A DNA stretch of 64,000 nucleotides, from positions 65,534,001 to 65,598,000 of the forward strand of contig OX597819.1 of the NCBI GenBank assembly GCA_951406725.2, written 5' to 3'. The notes beneath the pieces were generated by a model, which ran no database searches, had not been told where the DNA came from, and saw only the letters and a program-made list of their open reading frames with translations. The number at the start of each line of letters is the position of its first letter. Positions within the stretch are counted from its first letter, which is position 1. This document shows positions 15,845 to 29,600 of the stretch, piece by piece. This DNA comes from Octopus vulgaris (taxonomy: Eukaryota). The position numbers and the translations under genes were made by a program.

Positions 15845-16853
15845 CAGCGTTTGTCCTCCATCACCGCTTGACAACCGCTGTTGTGTTTCCGCCTCTGTAA
15901 GTTAGCGGTTCGACAAGAGAGACTGATGGAATTTATATATTCGGCTTTGAAAAATTAAGGATTGGATCGATTCGACTCACTAAATTTCTTCAAGGCGGTG
16001 CTCCAGCACCGGCCGCAATGTAAAGACAAAAACAAAAAATACATACCAACCACATGGTTCCGGGTTCAGTCTCACTGCGTGGCACCTTGGGCAAGTGTCA
16101 TCGAATATACCCTCGGGCCGACCAAAGCCGTGTGAGTGGATTTGGTAAACCGAAGCTGAAAGAAGCTCGTTGTATAAATGTGTGTACATATATATATATA
16201 TAGGCGCAGGAGTGGCTGTGTGGTTAGTAGCTTGCTTACCAACCACATGTTTCCGGGTTCAGTCCTACTGCGTGGCATCTTGGGCAAGTGACTTCTGCTA
16301 TAGCCTCGGGCCGACCAATGCCTTGTGAGTGGATTTGGTAGATGGAAACTGAAAGAAGCCTGTCGGATATATGTATATATATATGTATGTGTGTGTATGT
16401 TTGTGTGTCTGTGTTTGTCCCCCTAGCATTGCTTGACAACCAATGCTGGTGTGTTTATGTCCCCTTCACTTAGCGGTTCGGCAAAAATAGACCGATAGAA
16501 TAAGTACTGGGCTTACAAAGAATAAGTCCCGGGGTCGAGTTGCTCGATTAAAAGGTGGTGCTCCAGCATGGCCGCAGTCAAATGACTGAAACAAGTAAAA
16601 GAGAAAGAGAATATATATATATATATATATGTACGTGCGTGTATATGTTTGTGTTTGAGTTTGTACCCCCAACATCGCTTGACAACAGTTGCTGGTGTGT
16701 TTACGTCCCCGTAAATTAGCGGTTCGGCAAAATAGATCGATATAATAAGTACTAGCCTTACAAAGAATAAGTCCTGGGGTCGATTTGCTCGATCGACTAA
16801 ATGCGGTGCTCCAGCATGGCCACAATCAAATGACAGAAACAAGTAAAAGAGTT
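15845..16853 (+). mobile_element. Cluster of SINE family A copies (full copy 16202-16608 plus partial and duplicated halves)
   Basis: Colinear with 1622-2038. Confidence 0.9.
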
Positions 16854-18519
16854 AAAGGGTATCGATAGTGAACAGCAAAATTCAACGCAATAACTTGCAG
16901 ATTTCCACACATAAATATACTAATCGTTGCTGTGTTTCTCAACACGGATGCTCAAACATTTTGTACAGTGAAGTTATAAACAACTCCACTGGTGGCTCCT
17001 GTTTAAATTCACTCCCACCCCCACCACCACCACCATTGTGACTGAAGAGACATAAAACATCGAAACACCGATTTTCCGTAATCGCTTTTACAAGTGAATC
17101 AAATGTGTTATGGAAAAATATCGTCGAGAAAACGAGAAATGGTTCTCCTGCGGTAAACACCACAGCGATTAGCACATTTGCGTCCGAATGTCTGCAAACG
17201 TAGTAAGTAGAAATATGCACGACGGTAAATATTTCATTTGAGAAATCCCAAAGTTATTGTTGCTGTTGTGTCCCCTTCATCGGCCCTGATCTAGCAGCAC
17301 CTTTAACACAGAAAGTTGGCCGTACAATTCGTTTGGTCCACAGAAACTTACTCTCGGTTAAATATACCTCTTTCTTGGAGAATAATCACACAGTATATTT
17401 TGACAAAAGAGTTTAGTGTATCAGATGCAATGTTGTTGTCTTTGCGTACTGTCCTTCCTCCACTCACCAAACTGTTTCTGTTTGTGTGATGGCGTCGTTG
17501 TATGTCATGTTTGCCGACATCTCAAGAGAAAGAAGACCATCGATTAATAATGAGCATACCCCTGTGTGTCTTTTACTGTTGTTCTTTTTTAGTTAAGTAC
17601 ATTTCTAAGTAAACCTCCTATTATACGGGTATTAACTATAAACATCCCATGTTTTTTTACATATAGATATTTGCATCAAGCAAAGTGTAGTTTACCTTTC
17701 TTGAATGATTTTTTATGGTTGGAAAGAATTTGACTGCTGTTTCTTGCGAAAAGTTATCTCAGTCACATTACAATAGAGGTTCGTGGGTGTAATTAAACTG
17801 AACATCGCTATAGTTCTCAATTATCACTCAATAGTAATATGCAGGCCGACGGATTAGCAGAATCGTTGGAGCATCGGAGAAAGTGTTTTGCATTATTTGC
17901 ACCGATTCCATAAGCTGTGAGGTCAAATCTCGCTGACATCACTTTGCTCTCTATTCCAAGTGTTTTAAAGTAATAGTCAATTGTAACTGGGACCGATTAT
18001 ATAGACTAAATCTCCGTGTTACACAATTTCAAATTTGTTCCCATCTTGGTCTCAAATGTGGGCACAACGCCAGAATTTCGGACCCCAGTGTTCAACTGGT
18101 ATTTATTTTATCAATCACGAAAGGATGAAAGGCAAAGTCAACTTCAGCGGAAGTTGAATTGAGAGCGTAAAGACGAACTCGCGTTTCTGCCAGCTCGCCG
18201 CCTTAAAGTGTGTACCTATATTAATTTCAAATATTGGAACACGGCGAGAAAATCGTGAGGTGGGTTAAATTGATTACATCGAATCCATTGTTCAGTTGGT
18301 ACTTATTTTATCGACCGCGAAAGGACGAAAGAAAACGTCGACCTCAGCAGTATTCTAATAAACATTGATAGTTGTATGTGTGCTTGTATGTGCGCGGGCC
18401 TTAGAGTTTGCCTCCGGACCGCTTCACAAACATCCCTATAACATAGCGGTTCGACAAAAGACTGATAGAATAAGTACCAATCTTTAAATAAGTACTAGTT
18501 AGATTGTTGTTGTTGTTGA

Positions 18520-18830
18520 TTATGATGTTTGTTCCTTCTCTAACCATGCCTGGCTCATAAGAGCCGGTTTCCCGGTTTCATTGGCGTATAGGTTCGCCAC
18601 CTGAACGGGACACCCATTCGTCGCAGGTGAGCTGCTAAATGCCAGAGGAAAGAGAGTAAGAGAAAGTTGTGGCGAAGGAATCGGCAGAAGCTGGCCATTA
18701 GCTTCTGTCGGAGCCGCGTAGTACTTAGGTGTGTCGCTCATAGACACACACATCGTCCGGGCTGAGATTCGAACCCGTAATCCCTCGACCGCCATTCCGC
18801 TGCTCTAACCACTAGGCCATATGCCTCCAC
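18520..18830 (-). mobile_element. SINE family C nested in the 3' half of a family A copy (18405-18920)
   Basis: tRNA-like head on minus strand (TGGCCTAGTGG...GGTTCGAATCTC), (CAA)n tail; ACTAGTT on both sides is a possible TSD. Confidence 0.75.
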
Positions 18831-19915
18831 ACTAGTTCGATTACTTCTAGTAAATCCTTGAAAGGTGTGCCTCAGCATGGCCCCAGGACAATGTCTGAAA
18901 AGCAAGTAAAAGGTGAAAGATTGTTGATATGGTTGATGTTAATTACCTTGTTGAACTTAATTAGCCGTATTAACCTAATACGACTTCCTATGATTTACCT
19001 AACAGACCCAATGAAAACACCTTAAGTTTCATAATCTCGTCTACATTTTTAAGCATTATATGTAAAGGTTTGAATTTATTTCGTATGGCTCGTTAAACCA
19101 TTACAGGCAGTTTTTAGATATTGGCTGCTACTTGTTATTTTATTTCCAATTTATTTTCATTGTATAAAAGTTAAACATGATAATTAAAAGGAAAAGGAAA
19201 TCTGTTATATTATCAATCATGCTGAGAAGGAGATTTCATTAACTTTAATATTCTTGTGAGAAAAGAAATAAGAATAAGATCAATGCGTTTTTAGAAGTGC
19301 AGCTATATACCAGGTCATTCACAAATACTTGGAATACATCATGCATTTTCCCAGAAAATCTTTGCTTTCGAATTTATATAAATTCTCCATCGTCGAATTA
19401 GCGCTCAAACCTCAGAACAAAGACCAGTATGAAAATCTGGGACAAAATGTTAGTGTTTATATACAAGAAATAAACATCGATGAAGAAAATAGATTTCCTG
19501 CTTCCAGGTTGGAAAGACATTCAGTATTCTTCAGAAGATAGTCTTTTCTATAGGCACTTAAAGACCGATTGCATGTACAAACTAAAGTGCATTGGATTAT
19601 ACATGCACAAAGTCACATGCGCACTAGCATATGTGCACATACTCATACACTTTTTACACACATGCATACACACGCAGACACACGTATATAATATGTACTT
19701 TTAATGCTATAAAGATACGCATTTTGGAAGGACAGCATATGACTGCATGCATCACACATACAACAGTACATACACGGAAACAGCGAGTCATATTTATGTT
19801 TGCATATACATACATACATACATACGTACATACATAGACACACACACACACACATACATATATATATAAAAATCTGAAGATATAAAACCATCCAGATTTC
19901 TGAGTACCTTATTTC

Positions 19916-19963
<48 letters not shown>

Positions 19964-20383
19964 TAGCGGTTATAACAGCAGTCTAAGGGATAAATGTATC
20001 CACTGAATCAACTGGTGTATTACCTATATATGACCATGAGTATTAGTATTAATGCTCATAAATTATATGTAATGCGAAGAATAAACGGAAGTTCATCAAT
20101 ATATTGGGAAAACAGAAAATGGAAGTAAAATTGATGAATAATAATTGATCTCCACCAATTATCATTTCTTAATTAATTACAAAAAAAACAGACTTTCATC
20201 TTACAGCCTTTTCCGTTCGCACGATTCCCAGGCTTAACAATCATCATAATAATAGCTATCATTGTAACTAATTAATTATACCAGACCAGTTTGAATAGCG
20301 GAACTTCATCAGAGCGCGCAAGTAAAGAGAAATATAAAAATATAAAAAGGAAAAATGAAAAACGAAAAAGGAGAAAGCGGGTA

Positions 20384-20557
20384 ACGATGATATATCAATT
20401 CATATTCCATGCTGTCCCTCAAGGAAACTTTCGACATACATATATTCTCATATGAGTGGCACCGTCTGTACTGCAGCAAAGGAATCCTTATCATTTTTAC
20501 AAACACTTTTCCTGGTAAAGAATGAATAAAATTCACGTTGAGTGACAGGCTTTTAAT
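20384..20557 (-). CDS. Paralogous LRR-like exon candidate (IKSLSLNVNFIHSLPGKVF...)
   Basis: Same acceptor context as 8658, open frame, LxxLxLxxNxIxxLPxxxF pattern; donor not clear. Confidence 0.35.
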
Positions 20558-20687
20558 CTATTAAGAAAAAAAATACTGAATAATTTTCAACTCGAGACTA
20601 CTTAAATATCTAAATGCATACATCCATCCATACAGACAGACAAAGCGATATATATGTAGAGAGACAGATAGACAGAGAGAGACAAAC

Positions 20688-20852
<165 letters not shown>

Positions 20853-21439
20853 TTGCGTGTGTGTGTGTATGTATATACCTATTCCTATACATATTTTGAT
20901 ATAGCTAAACTGAAATTACACTCATATACATATACAACACTTACATGTGTTTATGTACTCCTATACATGTGCATATACATATGTATTTATACACACAAAC
21001 ATACACGCACATTAGTGCTTGAACTTTTACGTACATAAGTGCTAATATCTTTAGATATACACATGCATACATAAATAGAATTGCAATTACGTAAATACCA
21101 ACATTTGTTTTCTACACACAGCCATACAGGGACAAATACATGCTTACACACACACATATATACACAAGTGTGTGCATACATACATTGATGCGTATGTTGA
21201 TATATTTTGTCGTCAGAGTACAAAATAGTGAATAAATTCGTTAATTTCCGGTGTCCGCCATACGATGTCGTTCGACCCTTGTGGTGAGTTAGGATTAGTA
21301 AGTTTTTGAACTGATGAAACTGACAGCAAACATTTCCTGAAAATTGAAGAACGGTCATGTAATAGTGACAATGAACCGTGTCAGGAACGGGGAGTGGGAT
21401 TATATATAAATACATGCATTTATATTTACATCTATTTGC

Positions 21440-21496
<57 letters not shown>

Positions 21497-21566
21497 TGTA
21501 TGTGTGTGCATATATATATACATGTATGTATAAATATGTATATATATGTATATCTATATATGTATA

Positions 21567-21645
<79 letters not shown>

Positions 21646-21711
21646 ATAGACAGGCAGATAATAATGATAATAATAATGATAATAATAATAATAATAATAA
21701 TATATATATAT

Positions 21712-22058
21712 GTAAATGAGCAACAAGGATATCCAGAGGTACTGCAATGCGATCCTTTCATGTAACTCCATTTAATTGAACAATGCAATCATTGCTACAA
21801 TTTAAAATGTAGAGCAATCTTCAGCTGCACAAGACATAGAATTTAATCAAATTAGAACAGATGGACACAGTAGTATAATTATACCAAAAATCTCCAAAAA
21901 TTTAAGGAGATAGACAAAGAACATGTTTCTGCTTCAGCATAGAAGTTACCCTAGATATCCTTGTTGCTTATTTTGATTTCAATCACCTTATTTTGAAATT
22001 GCATGGATAATACCATACTAAATTTTGGTATCTCAATTTAAGTATCATATTCATCTGA

Positions 22059-22060
<2 letters not shown>
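21712..22060 (-). mobile_element. Short repeat with 15-bp inverted repeat and hammerhead remnants (PLE-tail-like)
   Basis: AGCAACAAGGATATC (21719-21733) / GATATCCTTGTTGCT (21954-21968); minus-strand CTGAAGA+hairpin and CTGAAGCA-GAAACATGTT; (TA)n on both sides. Confidence 0.45.
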
Positions 22061-22098
<38 letters not shown>

Positions 22099-22291
22099 GC
22101 AAATATATCAAGGTCTCTCTTCCGGCGCTCAAATGGTTTTTTACCTCACCTCTCTATTATGTATCTTTTCCTTCATTTCAGTCAATAGATTGTGACCATG
22201 GGGGAGCACCGTCTTAAACGTCTGTTAAGGCATTCCGAGTCTCATTCATCAAGATGCCTGTGAGAATCCTAATACCTGTGTAGATGTTATA

Positions 22292-23021
22292 CAGTAATCC
22301 CTCGACATATCGCAGTTAACCTATCGGGGTTCACTTGTCGCGGTTCACTCATCGCGTTTCACTTATCGTAGTTCACTTATCGGGGTTCACCTATCGCGGT
22401 TTATTATTTAAGTTTACGTCAATTCCTCCGTGGTGTTGTTTTGCAGTTATAATAAAATAAATATATGCAAATTATAAAAATTAAAAAATATATACATAGG
22501 CACAGGAGTGACAGCGCTGTAAGAAGGTTGCTTCTCAACCAAAGGCTCCAGGTTCAGTCCCTCTGCGTGTAACCTTCAGCAGGTGTCTCCTACTATAGCC
22601 ACAGAAACAGGAAATAGCCCGTCGTATATGTATATATATATTTGCTTGTGTGTGTGTGTGTGTTTACAACCCATGCTGGTGTGTTTATGTCCCTGTAACT
22701 TAGCAGTTTGGCAAATATACCGATAGAATAAGTACAAGGCTTAGAAATGAATAAGTCCTGGGGTCGATTTCTTCGAATAACACCCTTTAAGGTGATGCTC
22801 CAGTATGACCGCAGTCAAATGACTGAACCAGGTAAAAGAGTAAAAGTGAACAGTACTACAGTTCTATATTTAAGACATGAGGAATAATATACATTATTTA
22901 CATTATTTACATTTGACGGATACTTGTCCTCATCTTGAACGGTACTGTTTCTACTTCGCGGATTTTCACCTATCGCGGTGGGGTTTGGAACGTAACACCC
23001 GCGATAGTCGAGGGATTACTG
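22292..23021. mobile_element. pogo/Tigger-like MITE with nested SINE A (22498-22848) and a fragment of the 26910 repeat (22885-22937)
   Basis: TIR CAGTAATCCCTCGAC / GTCGAGGGATTACTG, TA TSD on both sides, internal 15-bp TTCACYTATCGCGG subrepeats; second partial copy at ~52630-52790. Confidence 0.9.
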
Positions 23022-23047
23022 TAGTTTTAATAAATATTTGCAAAACT

Positions 23048-23810
23048 AGGCGTAGGTGTGTTTGTGTGTCAAAAAGCTTGCTTCTCCTTTCCTAATTATA
23101 TATTTCCGGCCGCAGTGTCCTTAAGCAAGTGTCTTCTGCGGTAATCACGAGCCTACGAAGGCTTTGTGACTGGATTTGGTAGACGCAAACTGGAAGAAGC
23201 CCGTCGTATTCATGCATAAATATATGTATATGTGTGTGTGTGTTTATTTGTGTGTGCGTGTGTGTGTGTGTGTGTGTACGCGTGTGTATGTCATTATCCT
23301 TTGTTTGCCCACCACCACCGTTTGGATTTAGCAGACGGAAACTTGAAGAAGCCTCTCTTATTCATTCATAAATATGTGTGTTTATGTGTGTTTGTACGTG
23401 TATGTGTGTGTACGCGTTTGCGTGTGTACACCCGTGTGTGTGTGTCATTGGGCCTGTATTTGTCCACCACCACCGTTTGGATTTGGTTGACGGAGACTGG
23501 TAGAAGCCCGTCATATTCATGCCGAAATATATGTGTGTGTTTGTGTGTGCAGATACTTGTGTGTGCATGTGTCTGTGTGTGCGGATGTGTATATTTGTGT
23601 GTATATGCGTGTGTGTTTTTGCTTGTGTTTGTTCACCACCACCGTTTGACGACAGATGTTGGTTCGTTTACGTGCCTGTATTCTAGCAGTTCGGCATGAG
23701 CGACCGATAGAATAAGTACCAGTTTTCAAACAAAGCTACTGGAGTCAACTCGTTCGACAAAAGAACTCCTTAAGGCGGTACCCCAGCATGGTCGCAACCT
23801 ATTGATTGAG
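23048..23810 (+). mobile_element. Diverged SINE family A with internally triplicated segment
   Basis: Three GGATTTGGTAGACGGAAACT..GAAGCCCGTC units before the tail. Confidence 0.75.
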
Positions 23811-24039
23811 GTGAGGTAGGAGAATCATTCGAGCGTCGGAAGAAAAAACTTGAGAAATTTGCTCTAATGTACTGAGTACAAATTTCGCAGAGGTCAACTC
23901 AGCCAGCCGTTCATTCCACCAGGATCAATGAAAGCGTGCCAGTCAAGTTCTAAGAGGATTACCCACTTCCATATACCTTGGTTATGAATTGATTACAACC
24001 GCAAGCAAAACAGCAGCAGGAACAATTATGTTCTTTAAA

Positions 24040-24845
24040 TATATCGACCTCAGCACTGAACTGGTACTTATTTCATCTTTCCCGAAAGAGTGGAAAGCAA
24101 TTTTGATCTCGGTGGAATTTGAACTCAGAAAGAAGAGACGGATGAAATACCCTTAAACATTTTGTCCGGCGTACTAACTCTTCTGCGAGTTGAATTTTGG
24201 TTGCAAATATTGGCGGAAGGTAAGCAATTTTAAACGATGAGTAAGTTTATGATATCGATCCCAGTGCTCAACTGGTACTTATTTTATCGATCTCGAAATG
24301 ATCGGAGGCAAGGTCGATTTCGGTAGAAATTGAACACAAAACGTAGAGACGGACGAAATACTGCTAAAAATTTTGTCCGACGTGCTAACGATTCTGCCAG
24401 CTTATTATTTTTTTCTACTCAAGGCACAAGGCCCGAAATTTTTTTGTGGGAAGGGACCAGTCGTTTAGATCGACTCCAGTACGCAACTGGTACTTAATTT
24501 AGCAACTCCGAAAGGATGAAAGGCAAAGTCGACCTCGGCGGAATTTGAACTCAGAACGTAGACACGATATACTGCTAAGCATTTTGCCCGGCGTGCTCAA
24601 GATTCAGCTAGCTTAATATTTATTTCTTTATTGCCCCTAAAGGGCTAAACATAGGGGGGACAAACAAGGACAGACAAAGGGTTTAAATCGATTACATCGA
24701 CCCCATTACATAACTGATACTTATTTAATCGACCCCGAAAGGATGAAAGACAAAGTGGACTTCGGCGGAATTTGAACTCAGAACGTAGACAGACGAACTA
24801 CTTCTAAGCATTTCGCCCGGCGTGCTCACCATTCAGCCAGCTTAA
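24040..24845 (-). mobile_element. Tandem cluster of four SINE family B copies
   Basis: Repeated AACTGGTACTT..GAAAGGCAAAGTCGACCTCGGCGGAATTTGAACTC. Confidence 0.85.
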
Positions 24846-25889
24846 TATTGTCGTAATAAAACTACAAATATTCTTGTGAACACGTATTCTGGCTATTTTG
24901 CTGTAACATGCCTGAAATAACGGAGAAGAATATTTTAAAAATAAGATACAATTTAAAACAACATTTAAATATTATTATTGTTTAAATAATTCACTCACAT
25001 ATTCGTATATATTATGTTACTGCGATGAAGCTTCCTCTTACTTTTTCCTCGCAGAAATCTATTTTTATCTATATATGCAGTATTGTAGCAGCATTTCCAG
25101 TGCTAATTTCGATTAATTTAAGAAATGAAACTGCAGAAAATGGTTTTCCTGAATTCGTTCAGTTTCATTATTTAATTGAGTTCACTCTACTTGTCGTACT
25201 GAGTAATTTATAAACATTGTGCTGTTGCACTTCAGTACAATTAGAATAATTGTTATGTGGTTACGAGAGGGCCGCTCCCGATGCCCGCTCCCGATGCCCG
25301 CTTTTGACATAGTTGTTGTTGTTACTGCTACTGCTGCTCTTGTTGTTGTTGTTGTTTTTGTTGTTATTGAATGTTTATGCATTAGTTAAAAACAATTTTA
25401 TTAGAAAACTAATGCAATCTTCCAAAAATGTTTAACTCGATTCCCTATATTATGTACGAAATATAAAAGTAAAATGTACATCTGCGAACCATTTGATGTT
25501 CTTGGTGAGCTATTTGTTCTATAAAATAATAAATATTGGTTACTTAAACTGGTACTCCGTCGGGGACGACGATGAGGGTTGCAGTTGATCCGATCAACGG
25601 AAGAGGCTGATGCAAGTGGCTTAGCAATCTTCAGACACGTGTACCCTTAACATTATTCTCTCGGAGATTCAGCGTGACACTGAATGTAACATGGCTGGCT
25701 CTTTGAAATAGAGGTACAACTGATTTTTGTCAACTAAGTGGACGTGAAATCAAATGGGAGTGAGATGTCACTTAGCTTTTGCTAAAACATGTCTCTAGAA
25801 CCCTCTTCGAATCGAGGCTACCACTGCTCCGATAATCAGCGGTAACCTTATCAGCGAATCCTCAGCGACGGTCGACAATCGACGGCAAA

Positions 25890-26008
25890 ATGAGCTGCTA
25901 CGGATCGCCCTATCCCAAAGGGTGTATGCATGTGATCCGAAGACCACATTGTATTCCCACTGAACCTGCGACCGACAGATTGTTCGAAGCCGGCTCAGCC
26001 TACCCTGG
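25890..26008 (+). CDS. Candidate coding exon (MSCYGSPYPKGCMHVIRRPHCIPTEPATDRLFEAGSAYP), product unknown
   Basis: CpG-rich unique island, CTCTAG acceptor at 25798, AAAATG start context, GG|GTTAGT donor; no recognisable homology. Confidence 0.3.
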
Positions 26009-26438
26009 GTTAGTGACACTGCAAGTACTAGTAATTAGATACACTCGTCTTCAAAGCATGTCTACCGTTGTTTGAACGTTTGTTTTTGCAGTAATCTTTT
26101 CCGTCCCACTCAGTCCCTGGTTTTCGCTATGTATTCCGATATTCTTACTCCAGTCTGCCTAAATGTCATTCAACCGACAGTCTACTCTTCGGTTCTCTCT
26201 TCCTTGACATTCTATTTACTTTGTAGTTTTCTCCCTCTTTTCGTTCTGTGAATCTTTTTATTTTTCCCATCCACCACAACTCAATGTTCCAAGATTTAAT
26301 CGATGGACCAGAACTCCTTCCACATAATACTGAGATCTCTGCAACGAGCCGCTCTTTTCGAATATTGGCATATGGCGTAGGGGTTAAAAAACGTGGTCTA
26401 CTAACCCCAAGACTCCGAGTTCGATTCCAAACAGTGAA

Positions 26439-26505
<67 letters not shown>

Positions 26506-26532
26506 GTAATAATAATAATAGTAATAATAAAA

Positions 26533-26751
26533 AAAAAAATATTCAGACAAATACATCACAAAAACACCAGGACTTACAAACACATATAACATACAGAAAA
26601 TTGCACTACTAGGCACTGCACACATCCTACGCAGAACACTTTCCATACAATAACCATCAGAGCATCACAACAAATCACTGCACATACCCAAGGCACACAG
26701 AGCTGCGCTCGGTAGTGAAGTGAAAGCACGCTATAAAAATAAAACTACTGA
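26533..26751 (+). mobile_element. 3' end of an R4/Dong-like RLE non-LTR retrotransposon in (AAT)n
   Basis: Encodes KYSDKYITKTPGLTNTYNIQKIALLGTAHILRRTLSIQ* (stop 26651-26653), short 3' UTR, (AAT)n on both sides. Confidence 0.8.
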
Positions 26752-26829
26752 ATAGTAATAATAATAATAGTAATAGTAATAACAATAATAATAATAATAA
26801 TAATAATAGTAGTAATAATAATAATAGTA

Positions 26830-26871
<42 letters not shown>

Positions 26872-26959
26872 GTAATAATAATAATAATAATAATAACAAC
26901 AACAGCAACTCCGAAAAATACTTTAGGAATGAGAATCCAGGTTCGAAATTTCCACAAGT

Positions 26960-27001
26960 CACCTGATGAAGGCTGGAGGGAATATCAACCGAGACGTTGT
27001 G
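26960..27001 (+). ncRNA. Minimal type I hammerhead motif (mutated) within short repeat 26910-27057
   Basis: cac-CTGATGA-aggctg..caacc-GAGA-cg-TT-gtg; GAAA changed to GAGA and one stem II mismatch. Confidence 0.6.
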
Positions 27002-27182
27002 TTCACAACAAAGAAGATGAGGACAAATATCCGTCAAATGTAAATAATGTAAATAATATGGCAGTTACATGTTGAGTTTTCTTTTTTCCTTCTCCATTTC
27101 TCATGAGAATACACAGCTTTGAAGTTAATGCAGATTGTATCAGTTAACCTTCAACATTCATTTGTTGTTATATTCTTGAAGA

Positions 27183-27410
27183 TGCGGAGCCACGTTGCTT
27201 AGTGGCTAAGGTGTTGGACTCATGATCATAAGATCCCGGTTTCGAAGCCTGGACCGGGCAATTTCATTTGACGTTGCTCCAGTCCATTCAGCTGGCAAAA
27301 CTACGTATCTCAGCGACAGACCGGCGTCCTGTCCAGGTGGGGCGTATATATGCGACTCAGAAACCGGGAAACCAGCCCTATGAGTCTCTATGACTCGAAA
27401 GGGAGCTTTA
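27183..27410 (+). mobile_element. SINE family D
   Basis: tRNA-like head followed by TTGCTCCAGTCCATTCAGCTGGCAAAA core shared with 36056-36370. Confidence 0.7.
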
Positions 27411-28253
27411 GCTTATATTCTTGAAGCACAAGATCATCCTGACCTTTACTAATTAAGAAAGGTAACGTGAAATCACTCTTTCACACGCTACAGTTTCCTT
27501 GCTTAAACGGCTCTTGTAAGTCTACATGTTCATTGGTTTCAACTGAATATCATATATTTGGACTTCCGCTTTTTTGTTGTTAATGCTTCTGTCTTCTATA
27601 TGCTTTTCCCTTGCAATCATGGCCTGGAATATTTCACATCTTTTTTCCATAGCATACTCACTTGAACCCCAAATCAAGTCTTCTGGAAAAGTCAGATAAT
27701 TCGCCTTAAGAACCGAATAACAAAACATCGTCAGATATAAATCGTAGATTAGCGATAATTCTTAAAAAAAATTCTCACTGTGCGTTCAAAACTCCTTTAG
27801 GGCTTCTAATGTGATTTATCGAAGAACTATATCAAAAGGTTGCGGTGACTATCGGTATATTACACCATAGAAACAGAAGTTTTGCTAAATGTATTGCGGC
27901 ACTGTGCTCTCCATGTTCAAATCTCGTCTCCTGTTAGCGATGACAGTGATGGCACACTTACGAAGGTCTTCAATATGTCTTATGTTGTAAAAGCAAAAAA
28001 ATAAATAAATAAATAAATAAATAAACAAACAAGAAATGGATATACTACAAAGCAATGTAAACAGATCGCAGTTTAACCGACCCTGAAAATACAACAGAGG
28101 GCAAAAGAGAAAGAAAGCTGTTCTGTTACTGTGACTCAACAATCGTACGAACGATGCAGATGTTTAGATTTTAATGTAAATCTATCTATCTATCAATTTA
28201 TCTATATCCTCCTCATCATCATCTTCATCACCACCACCACCACAACCACCACT

Positions 28254-28299
<46 letters not shown>

Positions 28300-28421
28300 A
28301 CATCATCATCATCTAGCATCCATTTTCCATGCTGGATTCTGGTGTACTATTTCACAGGCTTCAGTCTGTTTTGGCATGTTTTGGTTTATTTATGCATACA
28401 CACACACACAAACACACACAC

Positions 28422-28520
<99 letters not shown>

Positions 28521-28660
28521 TAGAGTGCAACGCATTTTTTTACCGCAAAAGGCCCTACCTCGAAACAGATCTAAGAAGAAAAGGATCCCAAGCTTGCTTA
28601 ACAACTACATGGTACCGGGTTCAGTCCCTCTGCGTGGCACCTTGGGCAAGTGTTATCTAC

Positions 28661-28692
<32 letters not shown>

Positions 28693-28771
28693 GATAGACA
28701 CATACATATATACATGCATACATACATTAATTGAATCATGCATATATACATGTATATATACATATTTCTGG

Positions 28772-29115
28772 AGGCGCAATGGCCCAGTTGTTAGGGCAGC
28801 AGACTCGCGTTCATAGGACCGCGGTTTCGATTCCCAGACCGGGCGTTGTGAGTGTTTATTGAGCGAAAACACCCAAAGTTCCTCTAGCCTACAGAAGGGG
28901 ATGGTGTCGAAATCTGCTGTATTCTTTCATGTCATTTTTCACTAACTTTTTGTTTCTGTTGTACCTGCATTTCAAAGGGCCAGACTTATCACACTCTATA
29001 TCAAGCTGAATCTCCCCGAGAACTAGGTTAAGGTTACACGTGTCTGTGGAGTGCTCAGCCACTTGCACGTTAATTTCACGAGCAGGCTGTTCCGTTGATC
29101 GGATCAACTGGAAAC
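28772..29115 (+). mobile_element. SINE family C (tRNA-like head, OR-type)
   Basis: GGCGCAATGGCCCAG..GGTTTCGATTCCC head; 3' body shared with 25553-25750, 36056-36230 and 42200-42415. Confidence 0.8.
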
Positions 29116-29264
29116 CTTACATAAATCAGTCAATAAATTACTGAATGTAGAATTCTGGGGGTTAAATTGATTTAGTAGGGTCTGCAGACGGAGGTGGATG
29201 GAAAGAAAGTGATGAGTAACAGATTAAAATTGCGGCAGCAGTAATTTCAACACTAAGAGTATCT

Positions 29265-29600
29265 TTAGTAGTAGCAGCAGCAGCAGCAGCAGCAGTGGTG
29301 CTGGTGGTGGTAATGGAGGTAGTAGTGGTAGTAGTAGTAACAGTATTAGTGGTGGTGGTAGTAGTAGTATTAGTATTATTGGTGGTGGTGATGGTGGTTG
29401 TAGTGGTAGTAATAATGGTAGTATTAGCAGTGGTGGTGGTGGTAATAGTAGCAGTAGTAGTAGTAGTAGTAATGTAGCAGCAGCTATTGCAATAATGGCA
29501 CAAGAGCTGTTGTTGTTATTTTAGTGGTGGCAGTGGTGGTGCTGGTGGTGATTGTGCTGAATGTGGTGGTGGTGGTGGTATTGGTGGGGGTGGGTATAAA
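29265..29600. repeat. Mixed (GTA/GTG/GCA)n trinucleotide tract
   Basis: Direct reading. Confidence 0.9.

Noticed and set aside
16939-17220. 93-aa minus-strand ORF with a poly-Gly run
   Set aside because: No recognisable domain or splice signals; Gly run comes from a (GGT)n repeat.
20195-20240. Possible hammerhead remnant on the minus strand
   Set aside because: Core too decayed (CTGGGAA) to support without a family consensus.
22305-22400. CRISPR-like short repeats
   Set aside because: 15-bp units are contiguous with no spacers and lie within a MITE; eukaryotic context.
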